A DNA stretch of 64,000 nucleotides from an uncultured delta proteobacterium (GTDB lineage Bacteria; Desulfobacterota; Binatia; UBA9968): the NCBI GenBank assembly GCA_963847445.1, contig CAWJZV010000045.1, positions 160,001 to 224,000 on the forward strand, read 5' to 3'. Positions 27,499-38,725 of this stretch are shown in pieces; the stretch's first letter is position 1; each line of letters opens with the position of its first letter. The notes below the pieces were generated by a model. That model searched no databases. It was not told the DNA's origin and was given only the letters and a program-made list of their open reading frames with translations. The translations under genes and the position numbers were made by a program.

Positions 27499-28122
27499 AT
27501 GAGCACATCGTTCAAGTACAATAGACTATCGAAAGATGACGCTGCTTGTCTGCTGGTCGACCACCAGGCCGGTCTGATCTCGCTGGTGCAGGATTTCTCG
27601 CCGGGCGAGTTCAAGAACAATGTCCTGGCGCTGGCGGCCAGTGCGCACTATTTCAAGCTACCCACGATCCTGACTACCAGTTTCGAGAACGGCCCCAACG
27701 GGCCGCTGGTGCCGGAACTAAAGGAAATGTTCCCGGACGCGCCTTACATCGCGCGGCCCGGCAACATTAACGCCTGGGACAACCAGGATTTTGTCGACGC
27801 GGTGAAGAAGACCGGGCGCAATCAACTCATCATCGCCGGCGTGGTCACCGAGGTCTGTGTCGCCTTTCCGGCGCTTTCCGCCATCGAAGCGGGCTACGAG
27901 GTGTTCGTGGTCACCGATGCCTCGGGCACGTTCAACGACGTGACCCGTCACGCCGCCTGGGCGCGAATGGCGTCGGCAGGGGCGCAAATGATGAGTTGGT
28001 TTGGGGTGGCTTGCGAGCTGCACCGCGACTGGCGCAATGACATCGAGGGCCTCGGCGCGCTCTTCTCCAGTTACATTCCAAACTACCGGAATCTGATCAC
28101 CAGCTATCTCGCCAAGAAGTAG
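27499..28122 (+). CDS. ycaC: Isochorismatase-family cysteine hydrolase YcaC
   Basis: LLVDHQAGL, AGVVTEVCV, ELHRDWRND. Confidence 0.9.
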   Translation: MSTSFKYNRLSKDDAACLLVDHQAGLISLVQDFSPGEFKNNVLALAASAHYFKLPTILTTSFENGPNGPLVPELKEMFPDAPYIARPGNINAWDNQDFVDAVKKTGRNQLIIAGVVTEVCVAFPALSAIEAGYEVFVVTDASGTFNDVTRHAAWARMASAGAQMMSWFGVACELHRDWRNDIEGLGALFSSYIPNYRNLITSYLAKK

Positions 28123-28169
28123 GGGTGGCGGGCGCGCGATCCTGCGGATTCCAATTGAAGAGGTGAGCG

Positions 28170-29060
28170 ATGGCGCAATTAAGCGAAAAACCGCCAGTCA
28201 AAAAACTGCGCTGCATCCAGCGTAGCGTCGATCGACATTGGGTCGGCAACGGATTCCCGGTTCGGACGCTGTTCGCCTACCCCAACCTGGGACCGGTGCT
28301 CAGTCCGTTCCTTCTACTAGACTACGCCGGCCCGAGGGAATTTCCTCCGACCCAAGAGCGCCTCGGCGTCGGCGAGCATCCGCATCGCGGCTTCGAGACC
28401 GTGACCATCGTCTACGACGGTGAAGTGGAACACCGCGACTCGGCGGGCGGCGGCGGCCGCATCGGCCCTGGTGATGTGCAGTGGATGACCGCCGCGGCCG
28501 GCATCGTCCACGAAGAATTTCATGGGCGTGATTTCGCCCGGCGCGGCGGCATGTTTGAAATGGTCCAGCTTTGGGTCAACCTGCCGACCAAGGACAAGAT
28601 GGCGCCGCCGCGTTACCAGAGTATTTTGAATAGTCAGATTCCCGCCGTCAGTTTGCCCGGCGGCCAGGGAACGGTGCGCGTGATCGCCGGTGAGTTCGGC
28701 GGAGCCAAGGGGCCGGCCATGACGTTCACGCCAATCCTGGTTTGGGATCTCCGCTTCGCCACTAACCAACGGACAGATATTACCGTGCCGGATGGTTACA
28801 CGACCGCGCTCGTAGTGCTCAAAGGCTCACTGCGTGTGAACGCTACTGAAGCGATCGGGACGGCGGAGGTTGGACTGTTCGACCGCGCCGGCAAGAGCAT
28901 CGGCATCGAATGCGTAAACGACGCCACCGCTTTACTGCTGTGCGGCGAGCCGATCGACGAGCCGATTGTCGGACAGGGGCCATTCGTTATGAACAGCTCC
29001 CAAGAGATTCGCCAGGCGATGGCCGATTACGCGAGCGGCAAGATGGGTCATCTGTCATGA
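28170..29060 (+). CDS. Pirin family protein
   Basis: HPHRGFETVT, WMTAAAGIVHEE, GPFVMN. Confidence 0.95.
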   Translation: MAQLSEKPPVKKLRCIQRSVDRHWVGNGFPVRTLFAYPNLGPVLSPFLLLDYAGPREFPPTQERLGVGEHPHRGFETVTIVYDGEVEHRDSAGGGGRIGPGDVQWMTAAAGIVHEEFHGRDFARRGGMFEMVQLWVNLPTKDKMAPPRYQSILNSQIPAVSLPGGQGTVRVIAGEFGGAKGPAMTFTPILVWDLRFATNQRTDITVPDGYTTALVVLKGSLRVNATEAIGTAEVGLFDRAGKSIGIECVNDATALLLCGEPIDEPIVGQGPFVMNSSQEIRQAMADYASGKMGHLS

Positions 29061-29387
29061 CTGAAAGCGTGAAGGGTCGAGATTTTTGCGTTGTACTCAC
29101 TGCCCGTTTCGCTATGGTAAGTAATCAACACTCTTGCCTGTCGCTGGGTTAGCCGCCGATTTTGAAAACTTTCATTCTCGACCGGGCGACAGCCAAGCAC
29201 TAAAAACTAAAGCATCCAGCAGGACCTGATGGAGTGTCCATGCCGAAGCCAATTCGAGCGTAACTGCACTGTATAATCTCTGCTTCATCTGCGAGCTTCT
29301 TGAGTGGTGGATTACTGAAGAACGTAGAGTGATACTTGCCTCGCTCCAGGCTATGGTTGTCTGTTCGGGGAGTTAGCGAGACGCGCC

Positions 29388-30947
29388 ATGAAAAATCGTC
29401 AAATCGACGCCGCCTGGGTTTACCATAACGGCACCAAACATTCGTATCAAAGCGTCCGGGCCAATCCGCACTATCTGGACTTTGACAACCAGCCGGTTTC
29501 TTTCAAAATTTACTCCGAGTTAGAGCCGATCGCTCTACCCCCGCATCTGTCCTCTTCGGGCATGCCATCCCTGGGCGCGATTTCGGCGGTTGCTGCGCGG
29601 CGGGATCGTCAAGCCGCTCTCAGCAAACAGACTCTCGCGGAGATTCTGTTTCTCGGCGCCGGCATCACCAGGCGGCGAAAATATCCGGGTGGAGAAATAT
29701 TGTTTCGCGCCGCGGCTTGCACCGGCGCGCTGTATCACGTCGACCTGTATCTTGTCTGCGCCGAGCTCCAAGACATTTCCGCCGGCGTTTACCACTTCAG
29801 CCCCCATGACTTCGCGCTGCGCCGGCTGCGCCAGGGGGATTTCCGCGGCGTCCTGACGCGCGCGAGCGGTGCAGAGCCCTCGGTGGTCGAAGCCCCGGCA
29901 GTTTTGCTTTGCGCTTCGACGTTCTGGCGCAATGCCTGGAAATACCAAGCCCGAGCTTATCGCCACTGTTACTGGGACAACGGCACGATGCTCGCCAATC
30001 TTTTGGCGGCTGCGGCGGCGCGCGCTCTCCCGGCGAAAGTTGTCCTTGGTTTTGTCGATGGCGCGATCAGCGAACTGTTAGGGTTAGATCCCAAACGCGA
30101 GGCAGCGCTATCGTTGGTCTCTCTGGGTTGCGGTGCGGCACAGCCGGGCCTCTCATCGACGCCGCTAGAGCGGCTGGTTTTGCAAACCGAGCCGCTATCC
30201 AAGACCGAAGTCGATTACCCGGCCATGCGGGCGATGCATGAGGCTTCGTCGTTGGAGAACGAAGACGAGGTGGTTCAGTGGCGTGCCGCGAGCGACAGTC
30301 ACAGCGGCGCGCAAGAGGATCGAAGCGCGCACGGCAGCGGCCGACGAGTTTTCCTGCAAGCACCGAGCGATGACGACGTGCCATCCGCAACCATCGAGGA
30401 CGTAATCGTTCGGCGCGGCTCGACGCGCCGGTTTGCCCGCAAGTCGATTACCTTCGGGCAACTTTCCATGCTGCTCGACCGGGCGACCCGAGGCATCCTT
30501 GCCGATTTTCTCCAGGCGGGTGATTCTCTCAACCGGCTATATTTAATAGTCCATGCGGTGGACGATCTTGCGCCCGGGGCTTACGTCTACCGGCGCGATC
30601 TGCATGCGCTGGAGTTGCTCAAGGAAGGCGACTTTCGCCGTCAAGCGGGCGATCTCGGCTTGGGTCAGGACATTCCAGCGGATTGCAGCGTCAACGTATA
30701 TTTCTTGGCGGACCTCAACCGAGTCCTGGACCGTTTCGGCAACCGCGGCTATCGCGCCGCGCAGCTCGAAGCCAGCATCAGCGGCGGCAAACTTTATCTG
30801 GCGGCCTACGCCCAAGGCCTGGGCGCCTCCGGCCTGACCTTTTTCGATGATGACGTGACGGAGTTCTTCTCACCCCACGCGGCGGGCAAGAGCGTAATGT
30901 TTTTGATCGCTCTGGGAAAGTCGGTCAAACGCAAAAGCGAGCTGTAA
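29388..30947 (+). CDS. SagB/ThcOx-family (tandem nitroreductase-fold) dehydrogenase
   Basis: YHNGTKHS, RAAACTGALY, WKYQARAYR, second domain RRGSTRRF...RGYRAAQLEA. Confidence 0.85.
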   Translation: MKNRQIDAAWVYHNGTKHSYQSVRANPHYLDFDNQPVSFKIYSELEPIALPPHLSSSGMPSLGAISAVAARRDRQAALSKQTLAEILFLGAGITRRRKYPGGEILFRAAACTGALYHVDLYLVCAELQDISAGVYHFSPHDFALRRLRQGDFRGVLTRASGAEPSVVEAPAVLLCASTFWRNAWKYQARAYRHCYWDNGTMLANLLAAAAARALPAKVVLGFVDGAISELLGLDPKREAALSLVSLGCGAAQPGLSSTPLERLVLQTEPLSKTEVDYPAMRAMHEASSLENEDEVVQWRAASDSHSGAQEDRSAHGSGRRVFLQAPSDDDVPSATIEDVIVRRGSTRRFARKSITFGQLSMLLDRATRGILADFLQAGDSLNRLYLIVHAVDDLAPGAYVYRRDLHALELLKEGDFRRQAGDLGLGQDIPADCSVNVYFLADLNRVLDRFGNRGYRAAQLEASISGGKLYLAAYAQGLGASGLTFFDDDVTEFFSPHAAGKSVMFLIALGKSVKRKSEL

Positions 30948-31160
30948 GGCATCGTGTTGTCCGGCAGCAAAAACACCAATCGTTGCAAGCGATAGGCTGG
31001 ATGACAATTCTCAAAAACAAAGATGCGAACCCTTCGGCCGCGAGCTAAGCAAGGTCTAAGTCTCATCGCAATGACAACTCTCGCAGCGCGATTAGATCGC
31101 ATCATACGCAGGGCCAATTAAGTTTAGGCACCGTTGAAATTCTATGAACTTCCCACAGCT

Positions 31161-32177
31161 TCAGCGAAAATAGCGCAGCATCTCGGCGTTATACTTATTG
31201 TAAACGGCGCTCGACGCCGGCTTGATGACGAAGAGCTTGCGCCCTTGCATGAGCCGCGGCGGATTCGGCAGGACGTCCTTGCGCGCCGGAATGCGGCTCA
31301 GTTGACGCATGGAAGTTTGTCCTTCTTCGGAGAGAATGAAGTCGACGTAAAGCCGCGCCGCGGCGGGATGAGAATTCTTGGCGGTGACGGCGATGCCGAT
31401 GGGGTAAACGAACCAGGGGTCGAGGGGCACCCAATCGATCGGCGCGCCGGTTTTTTTGAGCTCTTCGACGCCGGTCGGATACTGCGAGATCAACAAAGGA
31501 AACTCGCCGGCCATCATCAGCTGGTTCATCAGCGAGCTGCCGATCCGCGAGTGAATCTTTTGCTTGCTCAGTGCCTCCATGTATTGCCGCCCCTTGTCCT
31601 CGCCCATGGACTGGAGCATGGCGAAATACCATTCGGTATGGCTGAGGACAAAGCCCATCTTCTCCCGCCACTTCGGCTGCAGCAGCTCCTGGTAACTGTT
31701 CGGCACGTCATCGGGTTTCAGCATCCGCGAGTTGTACGCCATGGTCACGGCATTCAAATACGTCGCGTGCCAATAACCGTCCTTGTCGCGCAGCGCTTCG
31801 ATGTAACCGTCGCGCTCGGGGGATTGGTACTTGGCCAGCAGTCCTTTCTCCACCAGGTTCATAATCGGAAATACGCTGGATTGATAAACATCGGCTAGGT
31901 TGGCGCCGGTGCGCGCTTCAAGCAGGTAGCGGGTCAAGAGCGCGTCCTTTCCCGAGCTATAGAACTCCATGTTGACGAAAGGATATTTTTTCTCGAAGGC
32001 GGCTTCTAGAGCCCTGGCGTCCGAAGCGTTGGAGGAGACGTAGACCATCACCTTGCCTTCTTTTTTCGCATCCTCGATGAGTTTGGCCCGCTCCTTCGTT
32101 TGCGCTGGGCCAATTCCAGGATTCGCCAAGGCAAGGGCGGTCAGTATGGCTATTGTCACAATGCGATTGATATTCAT
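31161..32177 (-). CDS. ABC transporter extracellular solute-binding protein (Fe3+/thiamine-like family)
   Basis: Signal peptide, AKKEGKVMVY, YNSRM, HPAAARLYVDFILS. Confidence 0.88.
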   Translation of the reverse strand: MNINRIVTIAILTALALANPGIGPAQTKERAKLIEDAKKEGKVMVYVSSNASDARALEAAFEKKYPFVNMEFYSSGKDALLTRYLLEARTGANLADVYQSSVFPIMNLVEKGLLAKYQSPERDGYIEALRDKDGYWHATYLNAVTMAYNSRMLKPDDVPNSYQELLQPKWREKMGFVLSHTEWYFAMLQSMGEDKGRQYMEALSKQKIHSRIGSSLMNQLMMAGEFPLLISQYPTGVEELKKTGAPIDWVPLDPWFVYPIGIAVTAKNSHPAAARLYVDFILSEEGQTSMRQLSRIPARKDVLPNPPRLMQGRKLFVIKPASSAVYNKYNAEMLRYFR

Positions 32178-32700
32178 GGGGTCCCCTCCGAGCACCGTTA
32201 AATTGTCTGATCACCACAGACAGCTTGCTGGGCTATGCGTAAACTAGGCAAAGCCGCGGCGTTCGTCAATGCGAAAATCGTCAGTGCATTTTCTCCGACA
32301 CGCAGGTTGGTCCCAGCTCTCCAGATCCTTCGGCGACAGCCGCGATCGGCTGATCAACGCCAGCGGCCGCCGGCGATCGCTCTATCGCAAATTCGATTTG
32401 ACAAGGCCGACTCGGCGCTTGGCGTAAGACCGGCGGAGGCAATCGAGCGGGCGAAAAAGTTTCTTGCCAATTAGCTTTCACGCGGGAGGCGAAGCCGAAC
32501 ACCGCGTCTCTGCTCGCGGCGGCGGGTCTACGGTTGCTTAATGACAAATTCTAAGTAGCTTGCACATTGCAGGAACGCGCTGGCATAAAACGTCTGGTCG
32601 CTGTGCTCCGACCGGCGCTATAACGGTAACAACCCGGTGCGCGTGGCCTGGGCTCACGCGGCTCTTGACCTTCGGTTCGATCCTGCGCTATACAGCGTCG

Positions 32701-32892
32701 ATGCCTATCCAATTCCTACTCCCGAAGAAGTTCACGCGCGCTCAGGTCGAGTGGCGCATGGACGAGTTGACGCTGCAATTTCAAGGCACGAAAGACAAGA
32801 AAATAATCGCCCGGATTGCCGCACTCAACCGCGTACTCGCCAAAATAGATGTCCAGGGTTCGGCATCTTCCCAACCCAGGAATCGACAGTAG
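32701..32892 (+). CDS. Small hypothetical protein
   Basis: 63-aa ORF MPIQFLLPKKFTRAQVEWRMDEL... with amphipathic character; no motif. Confidence 0.4.
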   Translation: MPIQFLLPKKFTRAQVEWRMDELTLQFQGTKDKKIIARIAALNRVLAKIDVQGSASSQPRNRQ

Positions 32893-33121
32893 CCTGCCTG
32901 ATTAACTCTTGATTTTGTCGCTTCGCGTCGCTTTACTGAGCTGCATAGAAAGCCGGGACGATCCGAACGACTGCGCTTTTTCTGGCACCACAGCGACTTG
33001 AATCGCGCTGCAGGTTATTCAGTTATGCGGTTAGGTTTGCCTTGCGGAGTTCACCTTGCGGCAGTTGACCTAAATGCCTTAGAGTCAGAGAGGGTAGAAA
33101 CATCTCTTGCTGGAGGATTCT

Positions 33122-35032
33122 ATGCCCGCGTCCCTCGAGCATATCGGCGCTAACACCCCAATGGGCGCGAACCTGATCGGCGACGGCGCGACATTTCGCG
33201 TCTGGGCTCCCCATGCGAGTTCGGTGCATGTGATTGGCGATTTCAACAATCGGCAGCGTAATGCCAACAGTTTGCTGACACGGGATCACCAGGGTCATTG
33301 GCGTGGATTTATCCCCGGCGTTGAGGACCGCCAGCGTTACATGTTTTATGTGGTTGGCGAAGGCGGCGAGGGCCCGAAACGCGATCCCTATGCCCGCGAG
33401 CTCCAGACGCCTTTCCCGAGCGAGTGCGTCATTCGCAGAACCGACTTTCCCTGGCACGAAAGCGGTTACGCCACTCCAAAGTTTCATGATTTCGTGATCT
33501 ACCAGCTCCATGTCGGCACATTTTTCACACCGAATCTGCCGCAAAAAGCCGGAACCTTTCTCGATGTCGCGAGAAAGATCCCGTACCTTGCTGATCTCGG
33601 CGTCACTGCGATCCAGCTGATGCCGATCCAGGAGTTCCAAACCGAGTTTAGCCTGGGCTACAACGGCACCGATTACTTCTCCCCGGAAATGGATTTGGCC
33701 GTCGAAGACGGCGACCTCGCGCCCTATGCGGCGGAGGTCAATCGGCTGCTCGATGCCAAGGGATTGCAGCGCTATCAAGTTGACGAGCTACGCGGTGAAA
33801 TGAACCAGCTCAAGGCGCTGGTGGATCTTTGCCACGTCTACGGACTCGCGGTCATACTGGATGTGGTCTATAACCATGCGGGCGGCGACTTCGGCGATCA
33901 AAGCCTTTACTTCTTCGACCGGCAGCCAAGCCAGGGCGGCAACCGCAATTCCCTTTACTTTACCGATAAAGGCCATGCCGGCGGCCTCGTGTTCGACTAC
34001 GAAAAACCCGAGGTGCGCGAGTTTCTGATTCAAAACGCCAAGTTTTTTCTCGATGAATACCGCGTAGACGGTCTGCGCTACGACCAAGTGAGCGTTATCG
34101 ATCATGACGGCGCGCCCCAGGGTTGGCGCTTTTGCCAGGATCTCACCTCGACGTTGCGCTTTCACAAACCGGCGGTGTTTGACAAGGCGGAATATTGGAA
34201 CGTCAACCCCTATATCGTAAAGCACCCGCCCGAGGGTGCGGGTTTCGATACCACGCTTACCGACGGACTGCGCATCGCTATCCGCGATGTTATCGGCAGT
34301 GCCAGCGCTCCCGATGACCGCCCGCTCGCTATGACCCGCCTGGCTCAGAGTTTGTGGCCGGAAGGTTTCGCCGAGCATTGGCAATTTGTCCAGGGACCGG
34401 AAAACCATGACATCGTATACCACGGCCGCGAACGGCGCGTCGCGCGACTGGGAGATCCGAGTAATCCTCGTTCCTGGTTTGGCCGCAGCCGGGCGCGCGT
34501 TGCCACGGGCATTAGCCTGACAGCTCCTGGCATCCCAATGTTATTTATGGGGCAGGAGTTTATCGAGGATAAACAGTGGTCCGATAATTTCGAGTTTCAC
34601 CAGAACCTGCTGTTGCACTGGGCGGGAGTGGATTCGGGTGACAAGCAGATGCTCGATCACTTACGTTTCACTCGGGAACTAGTGAAGCTTCGCTGGCGCT
34701 TCCCCGGTCTTCGCGGCCAAGGATTCCGCGTGGTTCATGGGCACGACCAAAACCGGGTGCTGGCGTTTCACCGTTGGCTGGAGGGCGAAGGTCGCGACGT
34801 GATCGTGGTTATCCACCTCGCGAACCATAATCGCTTCGACTATCGCATCGGTTTCCCGGCCCAGGGTGAATGGCGCGAGGTTTTCAACAGCGATGTTTAC
34901 GAAAACTGGGTTAACCCCGGAACAGTGGGCAACGGCGGACGCGTCCGCGCCGAGCCCCAACCGATGCACGATTTTGCCCACTCAGCAGCTCTAGTATTAC
35001 CGGCGAACAGCCTTTTGGTGTTCGCGCGCTGA
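33122..35032 (+). CDS. GH13 alpha-amylase family protein with CBM48 (branching-enzyme/TreZ-like)
   Basis: FRVWAPHA, YQLHVGTF, DVVYNH, catalytic DGLRYD / AEYW / ENHD. Confidence 0.9.
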   Translation: MPASLEHIGANTPMGANLIGDGATFRVWAPHASSVHVIGDFNNRQRNANSLLTRDHQGHWRGFIPGVEDRQRYMFYVVGEGGEGPKRDPYARELQTPFPSECVIRRTDFPWHESGYATPKFHDFVIYQLHVGTFFTPNLPQKAGTFLDVARKIPYLADLGVTAIQLMPIQEFQTEFSLGYNGTDYFSPEMDLAVEDGDLAPYAAEVNRLLDAKGLQRYQVDELRGEMNQLKALVDLCHVYGLAVILDVVYNHAGGDFGDQSLYFFDRQPSQGGNRNSLYFTDKGHAGGLVFDYEKPEVREFLIQNAKFFLDEYRVDGLRYDQVSVIDHDGAPQGWRFCQDLTSTLRFHKPAVFDKAEYWNVNPYIVKHPPEGAGFDTTLTDGLRIAIRDVIGSASAPDDRPLAMTRLAQSLWPEGFAEHWQFVQGPENHDIVYHGRERRVARLGDPSNPRSWFGRSRARVATGISLTAPGIPMLFMGQEFIEDKQWSDNFEFHQNLLLHWAGVDSGDKQMLDHLRFTRELVKLRWRFPGLRGQGFRVVHGHDQNRVLAFHRWLEGEGRDVIVVIHLANHNRFDYRIGFPAQGEWREVFNSDVYENWVNPGTVGNGGRVRAEPQPMHDFAHSAALVLPANSLLVFAR

Positions 35033-35241
35033 CCTGCCCGGTTAAAGCGATGGGTTGTGACCGGAATCGTTATTAATTTTTGCCATTGAACTTCGCGAGG
35101 CCTGTGAGCAAGCGGCCAAGTGTGGAGACCGATTCAGTCGAAGATGACTTCGGCGCTATCGCGGTTGGGGGTGCGGATACGCAGAGATGCCGAAGATTGT
35201 AATGACTGATATATCCGAACCCGATCGTCCCCTTAAGTAAG

Positions 35242-35451
35242 CTAGTCGTCCAGGCGAAAGCCCAATTTGATCGTCACCTGCCAGTAGTCGACTTTATTGT
35301 CGGCGACGTAACCGCGGGTATCGACGACTTGAAACCAGTGAATGTTGTGAAGCGTCTTGCCGGCTTTGGCGATGGCGTTTTGAATCGCCGCTTCCATGGA
35401 ATCGTGGGAAGAGCCCGTGAGTTCGACTTGCTTGTAAGTATGATCATCCAT
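35242..35451 (-). CDS. Dodecin (flavin-binding)
   Basis: YKQVELTGSS...AIQNAI...WFQV...WQVTIKLGFRL. Confidence 0.93.
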   Translation of the reverse strand: MDDHTYKQVELTGSSHDSMEAAIQNAIAKAGKTLHNIHWFQVVDTRGYVADNKVDYWQVTIKLGFRLDD

Positions 35452-35521
35452 TGGAGCCTCCCTTAAATGTAAAGTTGCTGGTTAAGTTCAACCACGACCG
35501 TCTGCTAGTAATTATTCAAGC

Positions 35522-36296
35522 ATGAAAAAATGTCGAGTCAAGTTTAAAGAATAAATTGTCGCGAGCTTGCTGTTAGCGACGATTCCCAGCGGACCGGCCA
35601 CGGCGGGCGCGCGCGGCTTGCCGCTGAAAGTTATTTGCTTCACTTCAGTGAAACTCCAGCAGTGTTGGTGAGCCGGCCGGAAATCCTGGCGGTGAGCGAT
35701 CTCGCCGGCAAAAGGATCGGCGCCGGGAGTCTTGGCACTCTGCTGGCCTATGAGGTTCGGGTGCTTATCGAGAAATATCATTTAGGCGCGAATACCATTA
35801 TCGTCCCATTAAACTCGACCAACGATCGGATGATTGCCACGCAACGTGGGGCCATCGATGCAACCGAGGTGCCTGTGCCGTCCGATTTGAAAACCGAAGA
35901 GCTGGGATTGAAACGGCTGCTGCGGATGGTTTCGATCCTGCCGATTCCACAAGCTGGTTTCGCCACCACCGAAGAAAAAATCAAGACCGGACGCCAGAAA
36001 ATTTCGAACTCCTCAAGGCGACGATCGAAGGCCTCGATTTCACTTGGACTCAACGCGAGGGGACCATCGATATCATCGCCAAGTGGATGAAGCTCAATCC
36101 ATTGCAGGCGGCCAAGACGTATGACTCCGTGCGCGACACGTTCTCAAAAATCGGCGTGCTCACGGAGGAGCAGGCGAAAGCTTACATCGCAATGTTCAGC
36201 TCGACGACGAGTTTGAAGGGAGATCTTGCCGCCGCATCGATCTTCGATTTCTCGCTGGCCGCGGAGGCGGCCAAAGAAATGGCGCAGAAAAAATAA
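35522..36296 (+). pseudogene. Degenerate NMT1/SsuA-type ABC substrate-binding protein
   Basis: Early in-frame TAA, shifts, and an N-terminal lobe that appears deleted; remaining DLAGKRIG...GAIDAT...IFDFSL. Confidence 0.6.
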
Positions 36297-36569
36297 TCCG
36301 AAGAGGATGGCAGTTGTTACTCGCGTCTGACGGGAACAACCGCTATGCATTGCGCGTCGGCGAACCAACCAAGCGTGACTAGTGCGGCGCTGATGCACTC
36401 GCAGCCATCTCCTCTGGTCGCCGGAGAATAGTCAATACTCATGCCCTTCGGCTTGTCCCATCCTTGCCGAACGGTCGCCGGCGTATGACGCCGCCTTGAC
36501 AAGCCGCCCGCCCTTCGGTAGCTCAACTTCATATTCGTACTAACTCGAGTCGGCGCACAGGGAGGAATC

Positions 36570-37706
36570 ATGTATCGGAGAGCTGAAACCAAAGCGGCGG
36601 AAGAAAAAGTCTACAAACAGCAGCAGATCGGCGAGTTCATGACCACCTGGAAGGACTTTCCCAGGCCCGGTTTGGCGGCTTGGGCTGAGCGTCAGAAGGC
36701 CGGTTTGATGGGCACGGCAAAAAGCACCCATTACACGCCGAGATTCCGCCCGTTCGATATGCTCAGTATTCCCAATCAGTCGTTGGTGATCCTCGAAAAC
36801 GAATATCACCGCATCGGTGTCGAGAGCGTTGTCGGTGTGCAGGACAGCTTCCACCGCTACGTCGACTCGGACATGGTCTATTTCCAGTTTTGCGGCAGCA
36901 GCAAAGTGGAAACCGAATTCGGCGTCTATGAAATGGCGCCCGGCGAAGTGATGCTGGTTCCCGGCGGCATCGCCCATCGCTCCATCGGCGGCAACGACAG
37001 CCTGCGCTACTTCTGCCAAAGCCACGAGGCGGTGGACTACGCGATGAACGAGGACCAGTACACGAGCCAAACCAGTTTCGAGGTCAAGCGCATCGGCGGC
37101 CCCAATTGGACGCCGCCGAAGGGTGCGAATGCGCCGACCAAAGGGCCGGTCATGGAAAAGATGCATTGCTGGGACGATGGTCCCGACGACCAGACGGTAG
37201 TGGAGCGCGATTACGAATCGCTCGTCGGCATCGCCGGAGTAGGACGAGGCAAGCCGGGAAGTCTGGTCTGCAAGCTGCGCGCCTTCGACCACTTCACGGC
37301 GATCGTCGGCAAGGGACGCGAAGACGCCGGCACCCAGCCGCTGATGGAATCGGCCAATATGCGGATACGCACCTACAACATGCAGGACGAGCAGTTCGCC
37401 TTTCACCGGGCGCTGCGCAGCGAGGAAGTGCGAATTCAGTTTCGCGGCGACGCGCTGGATCTGTCCGAATTCGAAAACGTCGAAGTCTCGCCCGGCGAGA
37501 TCACCATCATTCCGCTGGGCATTTCCCACAGCGTGATCAGCATCCCGCCGGAAGATGAGAATTTCCTACGGCTCAACTTCTACAGCAAGGTCCGCTGGCG
37601 CGTGCCGATCGATCCGACCAAGCACTATTTCGACAGCAAGTTCGAGATTACGACGACGGTGCACAAGCAGGCCGAGTGGAGAGAGAAACTTGCGGCGGCG
37701 CGGTGA
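36570..37706 (+). CDS. Bicupin protein related to the homogentisate 1,2-dioxygenase cupin domain
   Basis: Two repeats FHR...D/E...QF.G...PGE...P.GI.H; TEFG. Confidence 0.7.
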   Translation: MYRRAETKAAEEKVYKQQQIGEFMTTWKDFPRPGLAAWAERQKAGLMGTAKSTHYTPRFRPFDMLSIPNQSLVILENEYHRIGVESVVGVQDSFHRYVDSDMVYFQFCGSSKVETEFGVYEMAPGEVMLVPGGIAHRSIGGNDSLRYFCQSHEAVDYAMNEDQYTSQTSFEVKRIGGPNWTPPKGANAPTKGPVMEKMHCWDDGPDDQTVVERDYESLVGIAGVGRGKPGSLVCKLRAFDHFTAIVGKGREDAGTQPLMESANMRIRTYNMQDEQFAFHRALRSEEVRIQFRGDALDLSEFENVEVSPGEITIIPLGISHSVISIPPEDENFLRLNFYSKVRWRVPIDPTKHYFDSKFEITTTVHKQAEWREKLAAAR

Positions 37707-37788
37707 AAGAGATGAAGTCAAAGTCTGACCAGGTTTGTCACCCCGAACAGGTCAGCGATACGACTCGCGTCAGAATGGGTTATTTGTG

Positions 37789-38697
37789 ATGTCAGACCCG
37801 ATCAGCTTATCTTATCAATGGGATTTGCGCCCACAGATTCCGCTCCGCCCGGAGTGGTTCCGTGCCTGGCCGAACGGCGCGACGATGGCGGTGCAGATTC
37901 TCATTCTCAACGAGTGGGAGTCCGTGCCGCGCCACCGCAAACGTCCGATGGCGGTTGATCTGCAAAACCGCCACGATCATCAAAACAAGTTCGATTTTCT
38001 TGCGCTCGGCGTGCGTGAATATGGCGCGCGCCACGGCATCTGGCGGCTGCTCGATGTACTGGACAAGCACGGGGTCAAGGCGACAATCCCAACGAACGGC
38101 TTGACCGCGGAACTCTTCCCGGCGACCGTTCGCGCGAGCCGCGATCGCGGGCACGAGGTTGCCGCGCATCAATGGGACATGGCCGTATTTCCGCCGATGT
38201 TCACGTCGCGCGAAGAAGAACAATCATCTCTCGCCAGAACCGTCGCGGCGATCGAAAACGTCATCGGCAGCAAGGTCCGCGGTTACCTGTCACCCGGTCC
38301 GCGTCCGACGCGCTTCACACTCGATCTGCTGATGGAAAGCGGCTTTCTGTGGACGAGTGACTATGTCGATTCCGACTTTCCTTATGTTATTTCCCGCAAT
38401 GACAAGCGAATCGTCGCGATCAGCTATGCCACGCCCGGCTACACCGATGGCGACCTCTCATCGCGCGGTATTATCCAGGGACTGGCGGAGATCAAATATG
38501 CTTTTGACGCGACATTCGAAGAGTCTAAACGTCATCCGATGAAATTCTGTTACGCCATCCATCCGCATGTGAGTGGCACGGTCGGCATGTCACGTCTCCT
38601 CGACGATTTTCTTGCCCATGTGCGCAGTCGCGGCGAAATCTGGTTTCCGACTTGCGGCGAGATCGCCGAGTTTTGGTCGGCCGGCGTGGACCAGTAG
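37789..38697 (+). CDS. Polysaccharide deacetylase (CE4), PuuE/allantoinase-like
   Basis: WPNGATMAV, REYGARHGIWRLLD, GHEVAAH, IHPHVSG. Confidence 0.85.
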   Translation: MSDPISLSYQWDLRPQIPLRPEWFRAWPNGATMAVQILILNEWESVPRHRKRPMAVDLQNRHDHQNKFDFLALGVREYGARHGIWRLLDVLDKHGVKATIPTNGLTAELFPATVRASRDRGHEVAAHQWDMAVFPPMFTSREEEQSSLARTVAAIENVIGSKVRGYLSPGPRPTRFTLDLLMESGFLWTSDYVDSDFPYVISRNDKRIVAISYATPGYTDGDLSSRGIIQGLAEIKYAFDATFEESKRHPMKFCYAIHPHVSGTVGMSRLLDDFLAHVRSRGEIWFPTCGEIAEFWSAGVDQ

Positions 38698-38725
38698 TCA
38701 TGGGCACGATTCCAAAGATTTCTCC

